A stretch of DNA of 64,000 nt, from assembly GCF_009914755.1 (NCBI RefSeq), contig NC_060930.1; one strand, written 5' to 3'. The first letter of the stretch is position 1; every line of letters starts with the position of its first letter. This stretch comes from the human T2T-CHM13v2.0 reference genome, Homo sapiens. The position numbers were made by a program, and so were the translations under genes. Shown in pieces: positions 30,641 through 53,750 of this stretch. Below the pieces are notes generated by a model. It did not search any database. It was given only the letters and a program-made list of their open reading frames with translations, and was not told the DNA's origin.

Positions 30641-31477
30641 AACGGATAGAAGACAAATCAAGGCAAAAAATAACAGGCTGAGAAAAGTAAACAAGTTATT
30701 TTTTCCAGCCTGATGACATGGTCCTTTTATCGGATCATGAAACAATTTTAGTAAAGAGAATTACTAGAGGAAAGGATGAAAAAGATCCAGGAAACAATAT
30801 AATGAAACCACTGAAAACCACTTCTAAATAAGTATCTAACCAATTGTTTGGAATATAATGGTATTATCTCTAAGCAGGTGGAATCTTCTACTGCAATAAT
30901 ATTTTACAATGTGTGCCTCTTTTTAATTTTTTTAAAGCTACCCTTGAAAAGCAAGTTTACTATGAGACGGTTTAAGTCTTAGTTCTCAACAGTTCTTATT
31001 GGCTTAGCGCTAACGTGTAAGTCATATAAAAGAAGTGTGTGTTTTTGTACTCGCACCAATTCAGATGGAAGGTAGGTGATGACTAATAAAAAGAACACAT
31101 CTGTATAACAGAGCTCCATCCAAAAGTATGGTAATCACGGGAGTTTACCACACACACACAATGGCAACAGCCATGTGTCACTCTCTCTGCCATACTATTA
31201 CTTAACTGAAGTTCAAGCTATCCCTTTTTGTTGTTATTTTCTGCAGCCTTAAGCTATTATCTCTTTTTAAAACAGAGAAAGCAAACTTAAAAAGTTTTTC
31301 TCTCACCCTCAGTCACAAGCCATTTTTGTTTTTTGTTGTTTAAATCAGATCCCTTCTCTAATCTTCAGACTGTAGTGATTTAAGGCATTAACATCGTCTT
31401 TAAATGTCTCATTCCTATTTCTCCACCCTTTTTTCAGTTGGTTCCATATTTCTCCTCACCTTTCAGTAACTGTTTTG

Positions 31478-31790
<313 letters not shown>

Positions 31791-32410
31791 AACTCTTTTG
31801 ACTGTTAACAAAAGGGAACTTTGCTGTCCATGCCTCCAAACTACAAACCTAGATTTTTTTACTTCCCACTGCACAAATTGTCATTCACTTTATCTGAAGT
31901 CCAAGTAAATTGTTTAACTATATTGCCAGTGATCTGTGAGTTGACAATTAAGGTACTGCACTTGGCCCTTTGTCCTAGAGAAAATATCCTTTGATGTCAA
32001 TAAGACTTTTCAGTCTATCAAGTTTATCAGCCAATTGGTAAACATTTAAAGGAAGAATATGAACATGGGAAGTCACTTTGTCATTATTTATTTTTAATTT
32101 CCTTTATAATCTCACAGAAAAGTCTATAATCGTGTGTTTATTATGAGACTATAACCACGTAAACTACTTTGAAGTTATGACTTCAAAAAGTTTTCAACAT
32201 CACAAAGCCTAACAGGGGAGAGAAGACTTACTTTATTATAAGCACTATTTAAACAGCAAATAACTTCGATAATTTTAAAGATTTTTAAACAAAATTATCC
32301 AAACATCTGGAAGCTATTAAAGAACTGAGGAAATTATACCACGGTTAAATTTAGAAAGGCATTTTTATTATAAATTCCTTATAAAGTAAGTCTGTGAAAA
32401 ACAAAGCTAA

Positions 32411-32828
<418 letters not shown>

Positions 32829-32924
32829 TAAGATTATGAGAGACAGAAAAATGTTTATTTTAATAAAAATGTCAGATATTATTTATACACATTTTTATGT
32901 CTATTAAACATATTAAATATTACA

Positions 32925-33115
32925 GTCTTAGAAGTCAGACAAAATCGGCTTTAAATTTCAGCTCCACCACTTACCAGTTGCCAGAACTTAGGTGAGATTC
33001 ATCAACTTGGAAGTACGACGTTCTCCTCTGTATAGAACAGAGATAACACAAGATGATTAAGTGAGGTCATACCTGAAAGTGCCTACCACTGAATATGTAC
33101 TCAATAAATGTTTCC
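32925..33115 (+). mobile_element. MIR
   Basis: AGTCAGAC...CAGCTCCACCACTTACCAGT...CTCAATAAATGTT. Confidence 0.75.
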
Positions 33116-34289
33116 TTCCTTCTTTCCCATCTCTTCCATTTTGCTTCTCCCTTTCAACGTTGATATCAATATGTTACACTGGCTTTTCACTTCACGATCT
33201 AAGCGGATGTCCATAAAAGTTTACAAGCACTCATATACTTCATATTTTCCCATTGTTACTAACAGTTTAAAACACTAGACATCCTCAAGAGGATTATGTG
33301 CTTATTTCAGGGACTGAAGTATAGGGGAAAAGCTATGAGAGTCTATTTTATTTGGCAGTAGGTCATGATGAAGGAAAAACCTCTTATCTACTAAGCCCTA
33401 GTCTGAGTCATACAATACACAAGATTTATAATATTTGCTCATTTTTATCTTCATACTACTCAGGTCTGCCATATTATTCAGAAGCCCATGTTTCTTTTGC
33501 TAAAAAAATGCTCTCATTTGCTTTTATAGATGTGCCTGAGGTACAAACAGTTTTGTGCAGTGTTAGTGAGAAAATGCATACTGAGTTTTAATCCGCTGAC
33601 TTACAAATAAATGCAGAAGGCCAGGATGGATCTGGGTGGGGGGCTATTTAAAAACAAAAGCTGAAAGGGGAGGACCTAAGGCATATAAATAGATCAAGAG
33701 TGGTGTTGCCTGAGAAACTGTTCACTGATTCCCTGAACTGTGGAAAAGAGATGAAAACAATAGCTGAGAATCAGAGCAAGGCCTGAGGCCAGGACGTGCA
33801 AAAGTAAAGAGCAAACTGAATCAGTTTAGGCTGAGCTGTAACTGGAGGGTGCATTGAAAGGGGGTTGAAAATATATCAAAGAACAGAGTGTGGGGTGAAT
33901 GAAGCCAGGTGACTCATAATTTAAACCCTCAGATACAGTGGAACCATATTGACACCAATGGTGAAAGGCAAAAGGAAGCAAAATGGACAAGAAAGAAAAA
34001 AAAGAAAGAACTATTTATTGAGCATATTGTCCCCAGATTGGGGACAGCTTTTTAAAGCTCATCAATCAGCCTGGACAAATTGGGCTAGAAGAAAGACACC
34101 CTTCCACCTACAGTCAGTTCATTCTCGTTAAGGAGCTGTTTCTACTCTTATAACCCATGCCTATCATTGTTCACACTTTAGTATACATGAGTTTTAGGAG
34201 TGATGATAGGAAACAGAGCAGATTCTATAATTCAGTATATGTAGCTTTCTTTTTTTGCTCAGGTATACCTTAACAATGACTCCTGATAC

Positions 34290-34335
<46 letters not shown>

Positions 34336-34452
34336 GAGACGGGGTCTTGCTATGTTGTGCAGGCTGGCCTCAAACTCCTGGTCTCAAGCAATCCTCCTGC
34401 CTCAGCCTCCTGAGTAGCTGGGATTATAGGCACATGACACCATGCCCAGTGG
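34290..34452 (-). mobile_element. Alu monomer (FLAM_A-like) with (GTT)n tail
   Basis: Monomer, about 15 GTT units, TSD GACTCCTG(A/C)TA. Confidence 0.88.
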
Positions 34453-35755
34453 ACTCCTGCTAATTTTAAAAAATATCTCTAAGGTAGGTAACAAAGTTAA
34501 ACTAAAACATTATTCTTACATTTATCTAAAAAGTGTGTTATTTCACCACCATCAGTGTGACCAGGCACACAGTCACCAGCAGGGGACCCCTGCACTCCCA
34601 CAGCTGCATTGCTTCTGCAACTGCGGTGAATGCCCACAGAGAGGCAAGCATCCCAGTACCTGCTAGCATCCTGCTGCAGCTGCTGCTACCACTGCTGCTG
34701 GCACATGCAAACAGGGATGGATCCCGCTATCACCACACTGAAACACTTTGGCTGACACCACCCATTGAAGTGTAGTGACCAGTGGTTCAGAGGCACTTCA
34801 GCCCTCAAGTACAATGGATTCCTAACCTCAAGGAGTCAGAGAACAATGTTGGGACCCAGCACAACACCCACAGAATTAGAGCATGCAGTCCAGGAGTTGG
34901 AAGCTGAGCACTGGCCCCCTAAAATCTTCCAGAAACAAAGCCAGGAGGTTGAATACACCTTATGCCACAACCAAACCCTCAAGGACATCAAATATAATTT
35001 TTAAAAAAGTTCAAAGGTCAGCAACTTGAAAGATTAAAGTAACATAAGCCCACAAAGATGAGAAAAACCAGCACAAGAACCCTTACAACTCAAAAAGCCA
35101 GAGTGACTTCTTTCCTCCAAATGACCAAATCACCTCTCCGGCAAGGATTCTGAACTGAGCTGAGATGGCTGAAATGACAGAAATAGAATTCAGAATATGG
35201 ATAGGAATGAAGATCACTGAACTACAGGAGTATGTTGAAACCCAATCCAAGGAAGCTAAGAATCATAATAAAACAATGCAGAAACTGACAGACAAAATAG
35301 CCAGTATAGAAAAGAATGTAACCAACCTGATAGAGCTGAAAAACACACTACAAGAATTAATGCAATCACAAGTATTAATAGCAGAATAGACCAAGCAGAG
35401 GAAACAATCTCAGAGCTTGAAGACTGCCTTTCTGAAATAAAACAGTCAGACAAGAATAGAGAAAAAAGAATGAGAAGGAATGAAAAAACCTCTGAGAAAT
35501 AGGTGATTAGGTAAAGAGACCAAATCTATGACTCACTGATGTCCCCGAAAGAGATGGGGAAAAATGGAACCAACTTGGAAAACATATTTCAGGATATAAT
35601 CCATGAGAACTTCTCCAACTTAGCTAGAAAGGCAAATATTCAAATTCAGGAAATGCAGAAAACCCCAGTAAAATACTTCACAAGAAGATCATGCCCAAGA
35701 CACATAATCATCAGATTCTCCAAGGTCAAAATGAAAGAAAAAATGTTAAAGGCAG

Positions 35756-41886
<6,131 letters not shown>

Positions 41887-42132
41887 GATGGAAGGATAGA
41901 TAGGGGATACAAGAAACAAGACTGACAAGACATTAATTGTTCAAATGCATGACGAATATATGGGTGTCATTATACTACTCTGTCTGCTTTGGGGTATGCT
42001 TGAAATTTTATAACTTTTTTAACACAAGCATTTAACAGCTATATAACATAAATTTTAAAAAGTAAGAATGTGACCATTATGTGCCTCTGATTATAGTTTT
42101 TAAATTCCAAATAAAAAAGTGAATATAAGAAA
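41887..42132 (+). other. L1 3'-transduced segment
   Basis: Non-L1PA sequence between the L1 A tract and the 3' TSD (42133-42150); has its own AATAAA at 42110-42115 and a second A tract. Confidence 0.85.
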
Positions 42133-42153
42133 AAAAAATCTTAAAGGCAGCTA

Positions 42154-42570
<417 letters not shown>

Positions 42571-43177
42571 CTAGAATTTCTTAAGTGAGGAAGAAATAAG
42601 ATCCTTTTCAAAAAAGCAAATGCTCAAGGAATTCATTGCCATTAAACCTGCCTTACAAGAGCTCCTGAAGAAAGTACTAAACATGGAAAGGAAAGACTGT
42701 TACCAGCCTCTACAAAAACACACTGAAGTACACAGATCAGTGACACTATAAAGCAACCATGTAAACAAGTCTGCAAAATAACCATGTAACATCATGATGA
42801 ACAGAACAAATCCACATATATCAATACTAACCTTGAATGTAAATTGGCTAAATGCCCCAATTAAAAGACATGGAGTGGCCCACTGGATAAAGAACGGAGA
42901 CCCATTGGTATGCTGTCTTCTTTATCCAGTCTCTTGAAGACAGCACACCAGCAGGTCTTGGTGCTTTATCCAACTTGCATATCTCACATGCAGTGACACA
43001 CATACACTCAAAATAAAGGGATGCATAAACATCTACCAAGCAAATTGAAACACAGAAAAAAGCAGAGGATGCAATCCTACTTTCAGACAAAACAGACTTT
43101 AAACCAACAAAGATCAAAAACACAAAGAAGGTCATTACATAATGGTGAAGAGTTCAATTCAACAAGAAAATCTTACT

Positions 43178-43217
<40 letters not shown>

Positions 43218-46200
43218 CAACGCAAGAGCACCCAGATTCATAAAGCAAGTTCTTAGAGACCTTCAAAGAGATGGAGACTCCCACAATAATGGGAGACTTT
43301 AACACCCCACTGTCAATATTAGACAGATCATGAAGATAGAAAATTAACAAAGATATTCAGGACCTGAACTCAGCGCTGGATCAAATGGACCTGATAGACG
43401 TCTACAGAACTCTCCATCCCAAAACAAGAGAATATACCTTCTTCTCACTGCTATTTGGCACTTACTCTAAAATCGATCACATAATCAGAAGTAAACCCTC
43501 CTCAGCAAACGCAAAAAAACTGAAATCATAACAAACAATCTCTTGGACCACAGCACAAACAAATTAGAAATCGAGACCAAGAAATTCCCTCAGAACCATA
43601 CAATTACTTGGAAATTGAATAACCTGCTTCTGAATGACTTTTGGGTAAATAATAAAATTACGGCAGACATCAAGATGTTCTTTGAAACTAAAGAGGACAA
43701 AGAAACAACACACCAGAATCTCGGGGACACAGCTAAGGCAGTGTTAAGAGGGAAATTTATGGCACTAAATGACCAATAAAAAAGTTAGAAAGGGCTGGGC
43801 ATGGTGCCTCACACCTGTTATCACAGCATTTTGGGAGGCCAAGGTGAGTGAATCACCTAAGGTCAGGAGTTTGAGACCAGCCTGGCCAATAAGGCAAAAC
43901 CCACCTCTACTAAAAATACAAAAATTAGCTGGGCATGGTGGGGTACACCTGCAGTCCCAGCCACTCAGGAGGAAGAGGCATGAGGATTGCTTGAACTGGG
44001 GAGGTAGAGGTTACAGTGAGCCAAGATTGCACCACTGCACTCCAGCCTGGGTGACAGAGTGAGACCCTGTCTCAAAAAAAAAAAGAAAAAGAAAAAGAAA
44101 AAAAACAGAAAGATCTCAATTTACCAACCTATTATTACATCACAACTAAAAGAAATAGAGAACCAAGAGCAAACCAATCCCAAGCTAGCAAAAGAGAAGA
44201 AAGAATCAAAATGAGAGCTGAATTGAAGGAGATTGAGACACACAAAACTATTCAAAAGATCAATGAATCCAGGAACTGGTTTTTTGAAAAAATTAATAAT
44301 ATAGACCACTAGATAAACTAAGAAAGAAGAAAAAAGATTCACAGAAACACAACCAGAAATGTCAAGGGGGATATTACCACTGATCCCACAGACATACAAA
44401 TAACCATCAGAGAATACTATGAACACCTCTAAGCACATAAACCAGAAAATCTAGCAGAAATGGATAGATTTCTGGACATATAAATCCTTCCAAGACTGAA
44501 CAAGGAAGAAATTGAATCTGCAAACACACCAATAATGAGCTCTGAAATTGAGTCAGTAATAAATAAGCTACCAACCAAAAAATTCTCGGGACCAAACAGA
44601 TTCACAGCTGAATTTTACCAGATGTACAAAGAAGAGCTGATGCCATTCCTGCTTAAACTAGTCCAAAAAATTGAGAAGGAGGGATTTTTTCCAGACTCAT
44701 TCTGTGAGGCCAGTATTATCCTGATACCAACCTGGGGGAGACAACAAAAAAAAGAAACTTCAGGCCAATATCCTTGATGAACATTGATGCAAAAATTCTC
44801 AACAAAATACTGGCAAACCTAATCCAGCAGCACATCAAAAAGTTTTTCCACCATGACAAAGTAGTCTTTATCTATGAGATGCAAGGTTGGGTCAACATAA
44901 ACAAATTGATAAATAGGATTCATCACATAAACAGAACTAAAGACAAAACCCACATAATTGTCTCAATAGATGCAGAAAATGCTTTTGATAAAATTTAACA
45001 CCACTTCATGTTAAAAACTCTCAATAAACTAGGTATTGAAAGGACGTAGCTCAAAATAATAAGTGCCCACAGCCAACATCATACTGAATGGGCAAAAGCT
45101 AGAAGCATTTTCCTTGAAAACCAGCACAAGACAATCAAGCAAAAGAAAGAAATAAATAGTATCCAAATAGGAAGAGAGGAAGTCAAACTATTCCTGTTTT
45201 CAGACATGATCTTATATTCAGAAAACCCCATAGTCTTGGTCCAAAAGCTCCTTAAGCTGACAAACAACTTCAGCAAAATTTCAGGATACTAAATCAATGT
45301 GCAAAAATTACTAGCCCTCCTATACACAGTCAAGCTGAGAGCCAAATTGGAATGAAATCCCATTCAAAATTGCCACACACTCAAAATAAAATACCTAGGA
45401 ATACAGCTAACCAGGGAGGTGAAAGATCTCTACAACAAGAACTACAAAACACTGCTCAAAGAAATCAGAGATGGCACAAACAAATGGAAAAACATTCCAT
45501 GCTCATGGATAGGATGGATCAATGTTGTTAAAATGGTCATTCTGCCCAAAGCAATTCATAGATTCAGTGCTATTCCTATTAAACTATCAATGACATTTTT
45601 TCACGGAAGTAGAAAAAACTATTTTAAAATTCATATGGAACCTAAAAAAGAGCCCAAATAGCCAAGGCAATCCTAAGTAAAAAGAACAAAGCTGGAGACA
45701 TCACACTACCCAGCTTCAAACTATACTACAGTTCTACAGTAATCAAAACAGCATGGTACGGGTACAAAAACATAGACCAATGGAACAGGATAGAGAACCC
45801 AGAACTAAGGCTGCACACCTACAACTAGCTGATCTTTGACAAACCTGACAAAAACACACAATGAGGAAAGGATTCCCTATTCAATAAATGGTACTGTGAA
45901 AACTGGCCAGACATATGCAGAAGAGTGAAACTGGATCCCTTCCTTACACCATATACAAAAATTAACACAAGATGGATTAAAGACTGAAATGTAAAACCCC
46001 AAATTAAAAACCCTGGAAGACAATCTGGGCCATACCATTGTGGGCATAGGAACAGGCAAAGATTTGATGATGAAAATGCCAAAAGCAATTGCAACAGAAG
46101 CAAAAATTAACAAATAGGAGCTAATTAAACTAAAGAACTTATGCACAGCAAAATAAACTATCAACAGAGTGAACAGACAGCCTACAGAATGGGAGAAAAA

Positions 46201-46369
46201 ATTTGCAAACTACACATCTGGCATAGGTCTAATGTCTAGCATCCATAAATAACTTAAATTTACAAGAAAAATCACGCGTGACTACCTAATCATAAGCATT
46301 ATTGATAGTATAGATTTCAATTGGAGATTGACACTGCAACACTTCAATAAGACCCAGTCATCTCAACGC

Positions 46370-47490
<1,121 letters not shown>

Positions 47491-47559
47491 AGAGCCACAA
47501 TGTAGCTCAACTGTGTATTTATCCATATGCCTATGGGACACATATTCCTTTTTCTTAAT

Positions 47560-49190
47560 ATTTCCTTTTCTATTTTTGTTTTAATTTTAAGCTCTGGGAT
47601 ACATGTGAAGAACGAACAGGTTTGTTACATAGGTATACCTGTGCCATGGTGGTTTGCTGCACCTTTTGACCTGTCCTCTTAGTTTCCTTCCCTCACCCCC
47701 CAACCCCTAACAGGCCCTGGTGTGTATTATTCACCTACCTGTGTCCATGTATTCTCATTGTTCAACTCCCACTTATGAGTGAGAACATGCGGTGTTTGGT
47801 TTTCTGTTCCTGTGTTAGTTTGCTGAGGATGATGGCTTCTAGCTTCATCTGTGTCCCTGCAAAGGGCATGAACTCATCCTTTTTTATGGCTGCATAGTAT
47901 TTCGTGGTGTATATGTGCCACATTTTCTTTATCCAGTCTATCATTGATGGGCAGTTGGGTTGGTTCCATGACTTTGCTATTGTAAATAGTGCTACAATAA
48001 ACATATGTGTGCATGTGTCTTTATAGTAGAATGATTTATATTCCTTTTGGTATATAACCAGTAATGGGATTGCTGGGTCACATCATATTTCTGGTTCAAG
48101 ATCCTTGAGGAATCACCATACTGTCTTCCATAATGGTTGAACTAATTTACATTCCCAATAGTGTAAAAGCATTCCTATTTCAGCCTCCCTAGCATCTATT
48201 GTTTCTTGACTTTTTAATAATTGCCATTCTGACTGGCATGAGATGGTATCTCATTATGGTTTTCAGTAGCATTTCTCTAATGATCAGTGATGTTGAGCTT
48301 TTTTTCATATGTTTGTTGGCCACATAAATGTCTTCTTTTGAGAAGTGTTTGTTCATATCCTTTGCCCACTTTTTGATGCGGTTGTTTGCTTTTTTCTTGT
48401 AAATTTGTTTAAGTTCCTCGTAAATTCTGGATATTAGACCTTTGTCAGATGGATAGATTGCCAAAATTTTCTCCCATTCTGTAGGTTGCCTGTTCTCCCT
48501 GATGATAGTTTCTTTTGCTGTGCAGAAGCTCTTTAGTTTAACTAGACTCCATTTGTCCGTTTTTACTTTTGTTGCAATTGCTTTTGGCATTTTTGTCATG
48601 AAGTCTTTGCCCATGCCTATGTCCTGAATGAAATTGCCTAGGTTTTCTTCTAGGGGTTTTATGGTTTTGGGTTTTACATTTAAGTCTTTAATCCATCCTC
48701 AGTTAATTTTTGTATAAGGTGTAAGGAACGGGTCCAGTTTTAGTTTTGTGCATATGGCTAGCCAGTTTTCCCAGGACTATTTATTGAATAGGAAATCCTT
48801 TTCCCATTGCTTGTTTTTGTCAGGTTTGTTGAAGATCAGATAGCTGTAGATGTGTGGTGTTATTTCTGAGGTCTCTGTTCTGTTCCATTTGTCTATATGT
48901 CTGTTTTGGTACCAGTACCATGCTGTTTTAGTTACTGTAGCCTGGTAGTATAGTCGAAGTCAGGTAGTGTGATGCCTCTGGTTTGTTCTTTTCGCTTAGG
49001 ATTCTCTTGGCTATATGGGGTCTTCTTTGATTCCATATGAAATTTAAAGTAGTTTTTTCTAATTCTGTGAAGAATATCAAATATCTTGATGGGAATAGCA
49101 CTGAATCTATAAATTACTTTGGGCAGTATGGCCATTTTCACAATATTGATTCTTCCTATCCATGAGGATGGAATGTTTTTCCATTTGCTT
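47560..49190 (-). mobile_element. 5'-truncated L1PA (about 1.6 kb)
   Basis: ORF2 C-terminal fragments ([48 protein letters not shown]) and 3' UTR. Confidence 0.93.
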
Positions 49191-49401
49191 ACGCTACAGG
49201 ACATATTTTCTTGGGCAACATAGCTTCTTTGTGAAAATTGATTCTGATGTTCAACTATAGCCCATAGGAAAACACCTTCTCAAAATGTAGCCCTCTAACT
49301 ATTGAAGATTCCCTAAGGAAGCAGGGAAGGAAAGGGAAGCTCCTAGAAGTCCTCAGTCAAATTAGAAGGCAGGGAGGAAAAGCAAGGTGCCAGTCTCTGA
49401 C

Positions 49402-49402
<1 letters not shown>

Positions 49403-49438
<36 letters not shown>
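49403..49438. repeat. (CA)n microsatellite
   Basis: Seen directly. Confidence 0.95.
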
Positions 49439-49439
<1 letters not shown>

Positions 49440-50009
49440 GTGAGGCCGCTATTGGTAGGCAAGGAACAAAAATTGGGTAAGATGGGATCCTCAACCACTT
49501 AGCACTTAGGGATAAGGAAATTCCTTTCTGAATGAAGACAGAGTATTCATCACAAAAGTCTCTTCACTTTGAGACAAGTTGTCGTTATGTGAGAGATGTG
49601 AAAGGGAATTTCATCACAGGAGAGCTGAAGGACTCCAGGACATTCTGTAAATGTCTTTATAAACTTGAATGTTTTAGACAACTTCTGTCTCTTCTCTTTA
49701 TTCATTCATTCAACTCTGAAATTTTTTTGTAACATAAAATCTCATCTGCAGGAGAGTTTAGTAAACATCTGGAGAAGAGCATCCCCATGTCCCTGAGAGT
49801 AAGAAGGTTAAGAATTGTTGACATAAATGCCATCATGTAATACCATTGAGTTGTAACTGAAAAGCTGTTTGCAAAGAAAACATTGAAATGATGAGTTACT
49901 CTTTTTCTCATTACATTCATTATAATTTCTGAGAATATGGTACCATGGAAAAAGACTTCATGTGAGAGAGAGGCAGAAAGAGAGAAATGAAGGTACAAGA
50001 AACAGATTA

Positions 50010-50318
<309 letters not shown>

Positions 50319-51061
50319 AAACAGATTAATCACGTTAATAGCAAGCAAAGAAAGAGAGGCATTATCCAAATTTGAAAGGAGTAAAATTTTGCATAAGTTG
50401 ACAGTCAGACAGGAAAAAGGGAGCTGGTAACAGTTAATCTACAGGAAGGCCTTTTCACCTAGAATTATCTTAAAACATGCAGTCCTTACTGCCACTAAAA
50501 GACTAATTATGTGATTTTCTTCAATCTGAACAAATCCTTTTTTATACTGCTCTTTATGGCAGACTATAGTGTGAGTCAGAAATTCCAAAAGCATGATAAT
50601 CTCCATCCTTTACAGCACCTGTCCCAACGTTATGTTAATCATTAGTTGATAATCTTTAAAGCTGAGGGCTACACACCCTCTACTATTGTATCTACAACTC
50701 TGGAGTTATGATACCAGATTAAGTTGATCAGATCATCATTACTTTTATTATTTTCAAACATTAATTTCGATGTCAAAAAATTTAGAAAAGTAAATTCCAA
50801 ACCGAAAGCACTGTTTTTTTTTCTTTTAAAGGGCTTAAACATACTTACTGATATTTAAATATTTATCACACTGAAAAATGTCCTGCAAGTACATCGTTTT
50901 ATAGTGACTTCAGACTGATGATACATTCCAAAAACATTCATTAAATGAGGTTTCTCTTTCACTGTTACCAACTTACCTTTTACTCTCAGTGGTATGATAA
51001 CCCTCAGAACTACAGAACAGCTTCAATCTTCGTTCAGAACTATCATACCTGAAAAGAGGAG

Positions 51062-51590
51062 GTTTTGTTTTATTGTGGTAAAATATACATAAAATAAAAT
51101 TTACCATTCTAACTGTACAATTCAGTGGCATTAAGTATTAGGTTGGTGCCAAGGTAATTGTGGATTTTGCCATTGAAAGTAATGTAATACTTTCTGCTAT
51201 TTTTCTATCATCACTAACAGAAACTCTGTACTCACTAAACACCAACTGTCCATTATCCCATCCACTCCCTATTACCCACCAGCTCCTGGTAACCTCTAAT
51301 CTACTTTCTGTTTCTATGAATTTGCCTATTCCGGGTACCTCATATAAGTGGAGTGGAATCATACAATATTTGTCCTTTTGTATCTGGCTTATTTCACTCA
51401 GCACAATGTTTCAAGGTTGATGAATGCTGTAGATGTATCAGAATTTCCTTCTGTTTTAAGGTTGAGCAATATTCTATTGTATGTATGTACTACATTTTGG
51501 TTATCCTTTCATCCATCGATGGACATTTGGATTTCTCCCACCTTCTGGTTACTGTACAAAATGCTTCACTGAACATTGGTGTACAATGTT
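51062..51590 (-). mobile_element. L1MB/L1MA 3' end
   Basis: ORF track MLSEISQIQKDKYCMIPL; CTACTTTCTGTTTCTATGAATTTG. Confidence 0.85.
51138..51184. mobile_element. Partial MADE1/Hsmar1 terminal inverted repeat
   Basis: TA|TTAGGTTGGTGCCAAGGTAATTGTGGATTTTGCCATTGAAAGTAATG; second arm missing. Confidence 0.85.
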
Positions 51591-51799
51591 TTTTTTTCAA
51601 TGTTATCGTACTTACTTTCTCCTGAGTGATTGGAAGAACTTTTACAATTAACCGTTGCCTGGACTCTTGATAAATCCAGCCCCAAATTACTTAAGAGTAT
51701 TTAGTAAGTCATTTTCAAAGGTCACTGTTTGTCAAGTAGGAAAACTCGCAGTGAGCAGTGAGCAGTTTGTATAGGCCCACACAGGGCAGTGACCTATAT

Positions 51800-51950
51800 T
51801 CTGAGCCTGCACGTTAGAATTAAAACCTTCTGAGTCTTCAATCCCTGCACCAGAACAACTATATCAGACTTTGGATGTGGGATCAGACCTTGTTATTTTT
51901 CCAAACCTCCCCTGCTGATTCTGTTATGCAGCCAGGATCTAGAACCTCTG
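51800..51950. mobile_element. MER5A-like hAT element
   Basis: GCCTGCACGTTAGAAT...TGATTCTGTTATGCAGCCAGG...AGAACCTCTG. Confidence 0.65.
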
Positions 51951-52300
51951 ACGTGGGCAAATGTGGTATCAGTCATCAGAGCTGCAAGTAAAACCACTGA
52001 GGCCCTCAGAGAACTAAGAGGGAATCTTTTTTACAGCCTGTATTGTACATATAATATTAGCGTGGCTAACCTATAATTGGCCATATGTTCAATAATTAAT
52101 TGAACATATAATTGATAATTGGTAATATCACTGAGATTGTCCAAGGATATAACTAAAGGGATTCATTTCCCTGATTATGACTACCAACACCAAGATTGGA
52201 TCAGAGCACTAAAGGATGCATAGTGGCTCCTGAGGCTGGATATTTGAGCCAGTAAAAACAAGAGAGTAATTCCCCACGGTAAAGGTGAATGTCGTACACT

Positions 52301-52679
52301 ATGTTATGGGCTGAATGTTTGCGTCCTCCAGTATGGTGAAGCTTGAATCCCCAATGTCATAGTACTGGAGATGGGGCCTTAGAGAGGTAATTAGAGTTAG
52401 ATGAGTTTATGGGAGTTGGGCCCTGGTCCAATGAGATGAATGCCCTTACTAGAAAAGATACCAGAGGACTTCCTCTCTTCTCAGTGTCTCTGAGGAAAGG
52501 CCATGTGAGGGCACAGCAACACTGCAGCTGTCTACAAGCCAGAAAGAAGACCTTTACTAGGAACCAGCCCTATTGGACCTTGATCTACAACTCCTGCCTT
52601 CATAATGACAAGAATCTAAATTTCTGTTGTTTAAGCCACCTATGATCCTTTGTTACGGCAGTCTGAGCAGACTAAGACA
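52301..52679 (+). mobile_element. MLT1A/MST-type MaLR LTR
   Basis: TGTTATGGGCTGAATGTTTG...GACTAAGACA. Confidence 0.85.
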
Positions 52680-52690
52680 CTCTGGATACC

Positions 52691-52743
52691 TGTGATATAA
52701 TAAGAAGTACATACTTAGTTTAGACCCCAGTTACTGACACAGA

Positions 52744-52790
<47 letters not shown>

Positions 52791-53750
52791 CAGGGTCTCA
52801 CTCTGTAGCCCAGGCTGGAATGCAGTGACGCGATCATGGCTCACTGCAGTCTCCACCTCCTGGGCTCAAATGACCTTTCCGCCTAAGCCTCCTGAATAGC
52901 TGGGACCACAGGTGTGTGCCACCATGCCCAGCTAATTTTTAAATTTTTTGTGGAGAACAGTTCTTGCTTTGCTGTCCAGACTGGCTTGAATCCCTGGGCT
53001 CAAGCAATCCTCCCACCTTGACCTACAAAAGTGCTAGGATTACAGACGTGAGCTACTGCACCCAGTCCTTGTTGGGCCCCTAGATAGCTTTAGGATGGGA
53101 GCTGGTTGCCAGAGGAATTAACCATGTGATTAAAGGGTTGGAAATTTCAGCCCCATTCCTAGATCTCTGAGGAGGGGAGAGGGGCTGGAGATTGAGTTCA
53201 ATTACCAATGGCCAAAATTTAATCAATCATGCCTACATGATGGAACCTCCATAAAACCCCTAAACAATACGATTCAGACAGTTTCAGGGTTGTAGAACAC
53301 ATCTACATGCTGAGAGGGAGGCACACCCCAATTCCACGGGGACAGAAGTTCCTGTGCTCAGGACTCTTCAAGATCTCTCCCTGTGTATCTCCTCAGCTGC
53401 CTGTTCATTTCTCTCCTTTAGTAATTAGCAGTGATAATAAATAAAGTCTTTTCCCAAGTTTTATCAACCATTCTAGCAAATTATAAAACCTGAGGAAGGG
53501 GTCATAGGAACCTGTGATTAATAGTCAGTTGGTCAGAAGTACTGATGGAAGCAAGATACTTGCAACTGGCATCTGAAACGAAGGCAGTTTTGTGGGAGTG
53601 AGTCTGCGGAATCTGACACGACTCCAGTTAGTTACTGTAGGAATTGAATTCAATTGTAGGATACCCAGTTGGTATCTGGAAGGTTGGAGAACTGGTTGTT
53701 GGCATGGAAACAACCCACACATTTGGTGCCAAAAGTATTATGAGTAAAAA
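52691..53750 (+). mobile_element. MER21-family LTR interrupted by an AluJ (-) with (TG)n tail (52746-53065)
   Basis: TGTGATATAATAAGAA...AACCATGTGATTAAAGGGTTGGAA...CCCACACATTTGGTG. Confidence 0.8.
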
